24,567 nucleotides of DNA from a virus (taxonomy: Duplodnaviria; Caudoviricetes), in IMG/VR virus record IMGVR_UViG_3300044957_000215, positions 1 to 24,567 of that record. One strand, written 5' to 3'. The notes beneath the pieces are model-generated. The model searched no databases. It was not told where the DNA came from and saw nothing but the letters and a program-made list of their open reading frames with translations. The position numbers and the translations under genes were made by a program. Positions 17,516-24,567 of the stretch are shown one piece after another. The first letter of the stretch is position 1. Every line of letters begins with the position of its first letter.

Positions 17516-17980
17516 CTACAACTTCGTCAGGTCCACCACACTAAGGTAAACGTGAACCTCGCCCGCGGTCAGAACGCTCAGGTTTGCACCCGTGGCGGTA
17601 AACAACGCGGTAATCGTGCAAGCCTCCTGCGGAGCAAAGCCCGTGCGCTTCGCCGCAAAGATCGCGCCAGTGGCGTCACCAGCAAGAATCTCCGTCCCGG
17701 CGGTGGCAAGCTCGACGGCCTCAATGATCCCATTCGGGTCATCGGTCCCGGCGGCAAGGTCGTAGCCGACCTCCATTGTCAGGTTCGTTACGCTCGCGCC
17801 GACAAACCCGCTCACCAGCCGGAAGGCCGCGCCGGTGATAAGATGGCCAGCCACAAGGCCGGTCAGCAAGTTCACCGTCTTCGTTGTAGCTGCCGCCGAC
17901 AAGTCGGGATACGTCAGGATGACTTTGTGTGTAAACCCGTATTCCCGGGTTTCCTCTGCGCTAAGTTTTGAGATTTCCAT
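17516..17980 (-). CDS. putative capsid decoration / cement protein (154 aa)
   Basis: Lies directly after the major capsid gene, has an A-rich leader and a beta-rich jelly-roll-like pattern (VGYD..DDPNG, LTAGEVHVYL). Confidence 0.6.
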   Translation of the reverse strand: MEISKLSAEETREYGFTHKVILTYPDLSAAATTKTVNLLTGLVAGHLITGAAFRLVSGFVGASVTNLTMEVGYDLAAGTDDPNGIIEAVELATAGTEILAGDATGAIFAAKRTGFAPQEACTITALFTATGANLSVLTAGEVHVYLSVVDLTKL

Positions 17981-18016
17981 ATACTTCTTTCTTCAGTTTG
18001 TTTTGCTCTTGTTGTT

Positions 18017-18046
18017 GAAAGGGGACGCCGGTTTATCGGCGTCCCC
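18017..18046 (-). terminator. weak intrinsic terminator / hairpin after the major capsid gene
   Basis: Minus strand GGGGACGCCG-ATAAAC-CGGCGTCCCC-TTTC, a perfect 10-bp stem with a short U-tract. Confidence 0.7.
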
Positions 18047-18056
18047 CCTCAGTCGG

Positions 18057-19058
18057 TTACGTTGCTGCGATCTTGCAATGTGCAAGCGGGTTCAGAACCG
18101 CCAGCCCCACAATCGCCTCAATCAAGGCACGGGGACCGCCGCCAAGGTCCGGCAACGGCTTCACCCGCGGCATCGTGTGCGTGCGGAGTTCAACGAAATC
18201 CGGGTCAATGATGTACCCGCGATTGTTGTCCGGCAGGAACGAACTAAGCTGAAGCTCAAGCGTGCCGTAATCCCCGCTATAGACATCCACAATGCTCTCC
18301 ACCTTGCGGGAAGAACTTGGTGTGTATGTCCGGCTCACCGTGAAGTTCGACACCGTTGGCACATAGCGGCTGAAGTCGGTAATGCGATTCTTAATCGCAG
18401 ATCCAACAATGCCGATCAGGTTGCCGTCCGGAGTCCCCACGTTCTCCCACCGGGTCTGCATGAGCGTCCGAAGATCGTCCTCGTCAAACGCCGCCACCGT
18501 TGAGCTGTAAATCTGCCCGCTGGGGAGCAGATACGCAGCCGGTGTTGGCAGGTAGGCTTGCGCAGTGGACACAAGCGAGTTTCCAAGCCCGCGCGTCTTG
18601 TATGGCACCGCGCCGGTATCGGCCTGCGCCACGTTGTCCGAAAGCAGCGTTTTCTCAATATCGCGCTTCAGCTCGACCGTCTTCTTGGCCTTTGCTCGCG
18701 CAAACTCAGTCGATCCCGCGACTCCGTGGCTGTCCGGGTCCGTCAGCCCGGCAACGTCGGAAACCTCTTCCGCCATCGTCGAGACTTTCGGCGTGCGGGT
18801 AAACCGCTGCACATGATTCTCCAGTTTCTCCCGGTTTTCAGCTGCGTCTTCGTAGTCGCTCACGTCCGCGCCGTCAATGGCTCCGTCAGTTCTTGCTGCT
18901 GAGTATTTGTCCGCGTTCCAGGCAAATTTGGTATTTGTCGGCTTGCGCGATTTGTTAATAAGAGTCGCCAGGATGCATTTCTTGGCATCCGCGACGGCTA
19001 TGATGTCGGCGAAGTCTTCGCGCTTGCCGACCTGTGTGATTTCATTTGTTGCTGGCAT
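18057..19058 (-). CDS. major capsid protein (DUF5309 / SU10-like HK97 fold)
   Basis: GKREDFADII, W..D, ENHVQRF, KKTVELKRDIEKTLL and VDVYSGDYG motifs. Follows the scaffold gene and has an AAGGA RBS in an A-rich leader. Confidence 0.9.
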   Translation of the reverse strand: MPATNEITQVGKREDFADIIAVADAKKCILATLINKSRKPTNTKFAWNADKYSAARTDGAIDGADVSDYEDAAENREKLENHVQRFTRTPKVSTMAEEVSDVAGLTDPDSHGVAGSTEFARAKAKKTVELKRDIEKTLLSDNVAQADTGAVPYKTRGLGNSLVSTAQAYLPTPAAYLLPSGQIYSSTVAAFDEDDLRTLMQTRWENVGTPDGNLIGIVGSAIKNRITDFSRYVPTVSNFTVSRTYTPSSSRKVESIVDVYSGDYGTLELQLSSFLPDNNRGYIIDPDFVELRTHTMPRVKPLPDLGGGPRALIEAIVGLAVLNPLAHCKIAAT

Positions 19059-19090
19059 TTTATTATCCTTTTAAGTTTTTCCCCGCCGCA

Positions 19091-20032
19091 TCATGCGGCA
19101 GATTTGAAGTATTCCGTCATGGCGTCCAGAGTCGCTCCCTGCTCAAGCACCCGCCCGGCGTTCGCTTCCCTCTTCACCACTTTTTGCTGCGTGCTCGTTT
19201 TCGGAACAGGTGGAGCAATCGCACGCTTCACTTCAGGCTTTCTTACCGCTTTGTCCGCAGCCGCAGCCGCGTTCTTTCTGGCATTCAACCCCGTGATGTA
19301 ATCGCCCAGCACAAGCCGGAAATCCGGGAATCTCTTCACTTCCGGCCATGCCCTCAGGATTTCGCGCGAAGCCTTTTCCATCTCGCTTCCATCCTCAAAC
19401 ATCTCCGGATAGCGCTCCCGCGCTTCCTTCTCATACCCCGTCCGCTCTGCAAGAAACCTCTCCCGCCTCGGTGCGTGAATGGACAAGAGTTCTTCCATGT
19501 CAGCCAGCATCCGCCGGGCCGTCCCACCTTCGATCTCCTGTTCGTTCCCGTCCTTGTCGAGTACCGTCCCGCCATCCGGATTCTCAATGCACCAGCGCCG
19601 CAGCGCCACCGCATCATTCACCCGCTTGGCAAGGCCCGCTGCGTCTTCCACATCAGAGAGCGGATTATTTGCGGATACAGCCGCCACCGGCTCCACCCTC
19701 AACTTCTCCACTTCGCTTTCCAACTGCTTCGCTTTCGCTTCCGCAGCCTCCAGCTTCTCCTCCGCGGTCTTCGCCCGCGCCGTCAGCTTGTCGATCCGTT
19801 TTTGAACCTTCTCGCTGCCAGGTTTCTCCTCTTCGGATTCCTTGGTGGATTTCTCCACGTCGTCCTCCTCGCCCTCGGTTTCAGTCTCAGACTCCGCTGC
19901 GTCATCCGCGGCCTTGTCCTCCTCCTCCTCCTCGATTTCAGCGACCACGCTTTGCGCTTCGCCCAGCAATTCAGCCGCATCCGGAAGGTGTTCCAGAATT
20001 GCCGCCGCTTCGCTTTTACTTTCGTCTGCCAT
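19091..20032 (-). CDS. capsid scaffolding protein
   Basis: Very acidic N-terminus, VQKRIDKLTAR coiled coil, and position between portal and major capsid genes. Confidence 0.85.
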   Translation of the reverse strand: MADESKSEAAAILEHLPDAAELLGEAQSVVAEIEEEEEDKAADDAAESETETEGEEDDVEKSTKESEEEKPGSEKVQKRIDKLTARAKTAEEKLEAAEAKAKQLESEVEKLRVEPVAAVSANNPLSDVEDAAGLAKRVNDAVALRRWCIENPDGGTVLDKDGNEQEIEGGTARRMLADMEELLSIHAPRRERFLAERTGYEKEARERYPEMFEDGSEMEKASREILRAWPEVKRFPDFRLVLGDYITGLNARKNAAAAADKAVRKPEVKRAIAPPVPKTSTQQKVVKREANAGRVLEQGATLDAMTEYFKSAA

Positions 20033-20131
20033 GAGTTTTGTCCCTCAAGTGGATTCTTTGCCAGCAACACCGTTTGCAGGGTTCCACACCCCACTTAGGC
20101 CGTGTCGCAGCCGCGCCTTCGTTCACATAAG

Positions 20132-20206
20132 ATTTCCCACACTCGCCCGCTCCACGTCCACCGGCAGGCATCCCAACCCCTCACAACCCGCACCAAACCC
20201 TCACAA
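20132..20206 (-). promoter_or_regulatory. phased 4x10-bp array plus downstream motif, upstream of scaffold/capsid (putative late promoter)
   Basis: + strand units ggcatcccaa/cccctcacaa/cccgcaccaa/accctcacaa (20167-20206), followed on the minus strand by CGTggaGCGGgcgagTGTGGgaaat. Confidence 0.55.
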
Positions 20207-20512
20207 CCTTTGTTCATAAACCCGCTTCCGCTCGGCTTCTTCCCGCAGATTCGCCACATAATCCTGCAACCGCGCCAGCGCATACCGCCCGCCCAAATAA
20301 AACTCACACTCGCGCTTGCTCCCCACCGCCGCATCCGCCTCGCCAAGACATTGCTCCTTGCCACGCTCCAGCAACTCCATCATCCCACGGTAAAGATCAT
20401 GGTCCGCCGCCACATCAAACGCGGCCAGCAATTCGGCATCAGTCATCGCCGCGCCGCGCACGACCCGCACACCGAACACCTTCCGCACCCAGCCCCGCAG
20501 CCACCGCATCAT
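20201..20512 (-). CDS. small hypothetical protein between portal and scaffold (103 aa)
   Basis: ATGA overlap with the portal stop, helical sequence, and a position where podoviruses commonly carry a small gene. Confidence 0.7.
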   Translation of the reverse strand: MMRWLRGWVRKVFGVRVVRGAAMTDAELLAAFDVAADHDLYRGMMELLERGKEQCLGEADAAVGSKRECEFYLGGRYALARLQDYVANLREEAERKRVYEQRL

Positions 20513-22578
20513 TGCAAGACCTCCCCGGTTCCCACCCGGCCAATTTGCGCGTTCTCAATCTGCTGCACCTGGAACTGCAAAAACTTCATCCGGTTCTCAA
20601 CCAGCGCCGCCGTATCCGGCTGCCCGGCAATTCTCCGCTGCATCTCCGGATTCCGCGCTATCGCTCCTTGCAAAACCTGCGCCCGAAGTTGATAATTCAT
20701 CCCGGGTTGCGGATTCATATCCGGCTCAATGCCCACAAGCATCTTATTCAGCGCATCCAGTTCCTCATCCACCTGCCGTTTGTTTGCGGCATCCGCGGGT
20801 ATCAACACCATCTCCGCCATTGTCGGATCAACCCCCGCCATCCCGACCTCGACCAGCTTGGAGAAATCCACCCGCCCGCTCCGGTCATACTTCAAAAGAA
20901 TCTCAATGAATCCCCACTTCTCCTTAAGGATTTCCATATTCAAATCCCGAGGATCCATTTCAATCGACAAGTCAAACTGCCCCTGTATGTCCGCCGCGCC
21001 CATCTGCCACGAGCGACCCAGGGTGCCCACAATCCGCGCCACCTGCTCATCCGTCATATACTGCTGGCAAAGTTGCAGAACCTGCTCACACACCTGACGC
21101 ACCTCGATCAACCAGGTGGATACCAAATCCTCCTGATGCATCAGCGTCAGTTGCGGATGCACCTCGTTATCCAGACGCCCGAAATACCGCGCCACCCCGC
21201 GATCCAGCGCCTTCTCAATCTCCAGCGAGCCCGGATCATACGGCGGTGTCCGCATCCATTCATAATTTTCATTCCGTCCCGCCGCTGGCACCTGCACGCC
21301 AGGCCCAAGCCTCAACCGCCCGGCTCCACGCCGCGCGGGAGTTATCAATGGCGGCAATGTCGCCACACTCGTCCGATCCGTCCGCGCATCCCGCTGCGTC
21401 TTCTGCTCCTGCTGCCAGCTCTCGCCCAGCTCCGATATCCCCCGACTCTCAATAATCGCCCGCGTCAAGTATTCCCGCCGATGCACCACATACGGATATT
21501 TCCCATGCAAAAACGGCAAACGCCCCTCATAGCCCGCATCCTCCCCGCATCCCACACTCATCACCCGGCACATCACCTGCGGGATTCCATCCACCAACTC
21601 CCGCCGGTACTCGTGGAAAATTTCCACCACATCCCGCTTCGCGTCGTTGCCGGAACGATACCATGCCTTGAAACTCAACCCCTCCGCATCCCCGAACCGC
21701 GTGCCCTTGTGTTCAATCGCCCGCTCCACCCACTCCTCATCATAACCATGCGTATTCACCCGGTCCCGCAATTCCTCCGGACTCAACTCCTCCCGATGCG
21801 CCACCCACGGCGCCCGCTGAATATCATCCGTCACCGCCGGGAAAAATACGTCCACCATCGGAATCAACGCTTGCAGCCGCGGCTCCGCCCCGAAAACCTC
21901 CGGCACATCAATCACCGTCTTCCCATCCGTCCGCAACTCATCCAGCGCACGCTTCGCCGCCGTCCGTTTCAGAATCGGCGAAAGCCCCATCAGCGTCCGC
22001 AGCGCCTGTTCCTCCCGCGATGGATCAAGCACCATCTCCCGGGCCGCATCCACGCCCGCCGCCACCATCTCCGGATTCCCAAGCTCCTCCTGCGTCAGCA
22101 ACACCGCAGCCAGCCCCTCCGTCGTCACCTCCTGCTCCATCCGCCGCAACTCCTGACCCCACATTACCGCCGTCACACTCGCCCCATACCACTGACGCCA
22201 ATTCGCCGCCAACCTCACCTCACGCGACACCTGATCCTGCATCCGCGTCCACACCACATAGCGAAGTAAAGCCGATACCTTTTGCCCCCACGCCAAATCC
22301 CCCGACTCCACACCCCGCGCCTGCACCCGCGCACGCACAAAGGCCGCAAACATCAGCATCACCTGCTCGTTAATCACCTCATCCACCGTCCGCACACGAT
22401 GATCCGCCGCACCCTCCCACGGAAACGGCTCCCGGCCTAAGTCCCGCGCATGTTTGCGACCATCCGCAGACTGCCCATCCCACACACAGCGCCGCACCTG
22501 ATCCGCCTCACGCATCCGTTCATACCAATCCCCCGCATCCGAAGCCGCCGACGTCAAATCCGCAAATATCCCAGCCAT
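20509..22578 (-). CDS. portal protein (689 aa)
   Basis: Position after the terminase and size. WDGQSADGRK..PFPWEGAAD, HGKYPYV and ESRGISE motifs, with a Gln-rich C-terminus. Confidence 0.85.
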   Translation of the reverse strand: MAGIFADLTSAASDAGDWYERMREADQVRRCVWDGQSADGRKHARDLGREPFPWEGAADHRVRTVDEVINEQVMLMFAAFVRARVQARGVESGDLAWGQKVSALLRYVVWTRMQDQVSREVRLAANWRQWYGASVTAVMWGQELRRMEQEVTTEGLAAVLLTQEELGNPEMVAAGVDAAREMVLDPSREEQALRTLMGLSPILKRTAAKRALDELRTDGKTVIDVPEVFGAEPRLQALIPMVDVFFPAVTDDIQRAPWVAHREELSPEELRDRVNTHGYDEEWVERAIEHKGTRFGDAEGLSFKAWYRSGNDAKRDVVEIFHEYRRELVDGIPQVMCRVMSVGCGEDAGYEGRLPFLHGKYPYVVHRREYLTRAIIESRGISELGESWQQEQKTQRDARTDRTSVATLPPLITPARRGAGRLRLGPGVQVPAAGRNENYEWMRTPPYDPGSLEIEKALDRGVARYFGRLDNEVHPQLTLMHQEDLVSTWLIEVRQVCEQVLQLCQQYMTDEQVARIVGTLGRSWQMGAADIQGQFDLSIEMDPRDLNMEILKEKWGFIEILLKYDRSGRVDFSKLVEVGMAGVDPTMAEMVLIPADAANKRQVDEELDALNKMLVGIEPDMNPQPGMNYQLRAQVLQGAIARNPEMQRRIAGQPDTAALVENRMKFLQFQVQQIENAQIGRVGTGEVLQ

Positions 22579-22585
22579 GCCACCA

Positions 22586-22660
22586 ATTCACACCGCACGC
22601 TCCGCGTGACGCAACCCGCCACGCATCCAACCCATACCAAATCCTCACAACCCGCACCAA
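22586..22660 (-). promoter_or_regulatory. phased 4x10-bp array plus downstream motif, upstream of portal (putative late promoter)
   Basis: + strand units acgcatccaa/cccataccaa/atcctcacaa/cccgcaccaa (22621-22660). The 18 bp at 22643-22660 are identical to 20179-20196. Followed on the minus strand by CGTcacGCGGagcgTGCGGtgtgaat. Confidence 0.55.
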
Positions 22661-22861
22661 CTACTCCGCGATTCCCATCGGCACCAACACATCCCGCACC
22701 ACCTGCGCCCGCGAATAAAGCGCCCGACCCTTCTCATTCCCAGGCAAATGCAAAGCACAAATCACCCCCGTCTTGAACAACTTCAAAACCTGATTCGCCG
22801 AAAACCCAGCCCCCACCAACCACGCCATCACCTCACCCCGCCGCATAAACACCTTCTTCAT
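22661..22861 (-). CDS. small Xis/MerR-like winged-helix DNA-binding protein (66 aa)
   Basis: FMRRGEVMAWL..GFSANQVLKLFKTGVI..GRALYSRAQV pattern, with a strong RBS AAAGGAGGTGA just upstream (core AGGAGG at 22869-22874). Confidence 0.65.
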   Translation of the reverse strand: MKKVFMRRGEVMAWLVGAGFSANQVLKLFKTGVICALHLPGNEKGRALYSRAQVVRDVLVPMGIAE

Positions 22862-22885
22862 TCATTCACCTCCTTTCACAATTTC

Positions 22886-22949
22886 GGATCGCGGATCGCG
22901 GAAGGATCGACGCACGCGCCACTCCCACCACTTCCGCAATCCGCAATCC
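22886..22949 (-). repeat. inverted heptamer-repeat stem-loop between terminase and the wHTH gene
   Basis: Minus-strand RNA GGAUUGCGGAUUGCGGAAG pairs with CUUCCGCGAUCCGCGAUCC over 19 bp (2 G-U pairs) with a 26-nt loop. Confidence 0.8.
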
Positions 22950-22963
22950 CACTTCCGCACTTC

Positions 22964-24567
22964 CTAATAACTCCCCCCCTCTTTCACCTTCAAAATATCC
23001 CCCTCCAAAAACTGCAAATCCCCCAGCACCGCATACCGCAGACAGTCCACCGGGTCTTTGCACGCCCCATGCCGCCCGTCCGCACCCGTCCATTCCTTCA
23101 GCGCCCAAATCAAATTTTCGCACTCTGCTGAAATCAACAGCCGCGGCTCATTCATCGCATCCAACGGCTTGCCGTGATCGAAATCCAGCCAGTCATTGAT
23201 GAGTTCCACACCCTCATCAATGTGTTCCCCCGGTGCCGGAACAAAATCCAGCCCCACCTCCGCGCACTCCTCGATCAGCGTCGTTACCAATTCCTTCCCC
23301 ACCGTCGAAGAATTGGCATACCGACTATCCATCATCCGCTCCATGATCCGCTCGCCCGCCTCCAGCCGGTCAATCTCCTCCTTGTAACGATTCAACCCAA
23401 ACCCAAACCCCCGCTGCGCCGGTCCCCGCTCGCCATCCGCCTTCTTCCCGCTCACCGTCCACTGTCCAGGATAGCCAACCCCATCAATGTATTTCCGTGG
23501 TGACGGCCACTCCCGATAAACAAACATCCGGCCCCGCACATCAACCCGCACCCAAATCATAAACCAATTCCGGCCCGAGCACGGATCAACAATGTGGTAG
23601 TTCGTCCCCACCTCCGGCACCACACCCGGAGCCACCACATGCGGCAGACCATCCGTGAACTTTGGAAACCGCCCCGCAATCGCCTTCACCGGCACACCGT
23701 ATGCCCGGCAAAGAATGTCCTCACGCGAAGCCCGCTCCAGTTCCTTCCGCAAATTCTCATACCCGCCAAACGGATTGTGCGCCGTGTGAAAATAAACAAT
23801 CCGCGTCCGTTTGCTCGTATTCTTCGCCTCCTGCAACAAAGGCACCCTCTCCAGCTCAGTCGCCGCGCCATCCTCACCCGCCGCACGCACCAGCAACTCC
23901 GCCGGAGCATCCTGCAACGTCACCGCACCCGTCAGATACTCCTTGATAGTCGGCGTATAGCCCTCAATCGGCGTGAACGTCACCAAGAGCAACCCCCCCC
24001 GCGTAATCAACCGGAACCGCAACGTCTTCAGCAAATCCAGCGGTACCAACTCATCGCACCAAATCAAATCACACTCGCCCCCCTCAAAAACCGTCCAATC
24101 CTGGCAGTAGTTCAAGAACCAGCATTGCGACCCATTCGGACAAACAAACGTATTCTCTGAAAACCCGTTTTTCTGTGTGTAGCTGATATTCGTCACCACC
24201 CCCTTCTTCCCCACCGCCCGCCACTCCTGCGGCAGATACTTCCACACATACGGCTGCTGAAGCGCCACCGACGACTGCGAAGAAGAATGCAAACACCAAA
24301 CCCGCTTACCATCACCACCCGCAAGCACCTCATTCACCTTGCGCGCCGCATACTCCGTCTTCCCGCTCCGGTTCCCCCCAAGAATCAACAACTCCCGCAC
24401 CTCCGCCCATTGCGCATCCGCCAGCTCCCAACTCTTCAAATGAAACCCATACCGGAACGGGTCTTCCAACTCCTTGCGGATTCCCTCCTCACGCAGCGTA
24501 ATGAACTGCACCAACTGATCCCGCGTGAACCGCTTCCGCACCGACCCCACCTGGCACACAATCCCCC
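22964..24567 (-). CDS. terL: terminase large subunit (frame open to the window edge, probably 5'-truncated)
   Basis: Walker A GGNRSGKT, Walker B LIWCDE, coupling motif VTFTP, and RNase H-like nuclease motifs IVDP..KDPVDCLRY. Confidence 0.93.
   Translation of the reverse strand, partial: GIVCQVGSVRKRFTRDQLVQFITLREEGIRKELEDPFRYGFHLKSWELADAQWAEVRELLILGGNRSGKTEYAARKVNEVLAGGDGKRVWCLHSSSQSSVALQQPYVWKYLPQEWRAVGKKGVVTNISYTQKNGFSENTFVCPNGSQCWFLNYCQDWTVFEGGECDLIWCDELVPLDLLKTLRFRLITRGGLLLVTFTPIEGYTPTIKEYLTGAVTLQDAPAELLVRAAGEDGAATELERVPLLQEAKNTSKRTRIVYFHTAHNPFGGYENLRKELERASREDILCRAYGVPVKAIAGRFPKFTDGLPHVVAPGVVPEVGTNYHIVDPCSGRNWFMIWVRVDVRGRMFVYREWPSPRKYIDGVGYPGQWTVSGKKADGERGPAQRGFGFGLNRYKEEIDRLEAGERIMERMMDSRYANSSTVGKELVTTLIEECAEVGLDFVPAPGEHIDEGVELINDWLDFDHGKPLDAMNEPRLLISAECENLIWALKEWTGADGRHGACKDPVDCLRYAVLGDLQFLEGDILKVKEGGSY

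Noticed and set aside
20046-20096. Possible structured leader upstream of the scaffold gene (aagtgg...ccactt)
   Set aside because: The stems are too short to distinguish from chance.
2119-22269. Many long + strand ORFs (e.g. 3488-5095, 6996-8465, 20512-22269)
   Set aside because: They are antisense shadows of real genes. The C-rich strand has few stop codons, and the translations are Pro/Arg/His- or Ser/Ala-rich with no motifs.
20167-22660. Repeats as a CRISPR array or att sites
   Set aside because: The units are 10 bp, degenerate and without spacers. There are no cas or integrase genes, and the shared 18-mer flanks the essential portal gene.
22866-23123. 85-aa minus-strand ORF
   Set aside because: It overlaps the terL end in another frame and runs through the heptamer hairpin, with no protein-like features.
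1-24567. tRNA, rRNA or an alternative genetic code
   Set aside because: No cloverleaf or rRNA-like segment was seen, and genes tile tightly under the standard code with all three stop codons used.

Overview
This is the late (virion and lysis) module of a tailed, podovirus-like dsDNA phage or prophage, with almost every gene on the minus strand. From right to left it encodes a terminase large subunit (5' end probably cut off by the window edge), a small Xis/MerR-like wHTH protein, portal, scaffold, major capsid protein, a putative decoration protein and a tail adaptor. Next come a foldon/Mtd-like fibre, a trypsin-like serine protease, a lysis block (TM protein, lipoprotein, holin, metallophosphoesterase, lysozyme), the tail nozzle and a short fibre. 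The putative ejection proteins follow, interrupted by a PAPS-reductase-family + CxxCxxCC gene pair, and end in a 1635-aa polyvalent protein with an HExxH motif and a C-terminal ART-PolyVal-like domain. Four observations stand out. (1) A 46/47-bp in-frame direct repeat brackets a compositionally foreign cargo module in the giant protein. (2) Three intergenic arrays of four helically phased 10-bp units are each followed by a shared motif, and one abuts the small wHTH gene, suggesting a late-transcription control system. (3) A PP-loop/Cys-cluster enzyme pair is embedded among the ejection genes. (4) A protease and a foldon-like fibre form a compositionally distinct cassette in the tail region. 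All family calls come from motif recognition by eye, not database searches.
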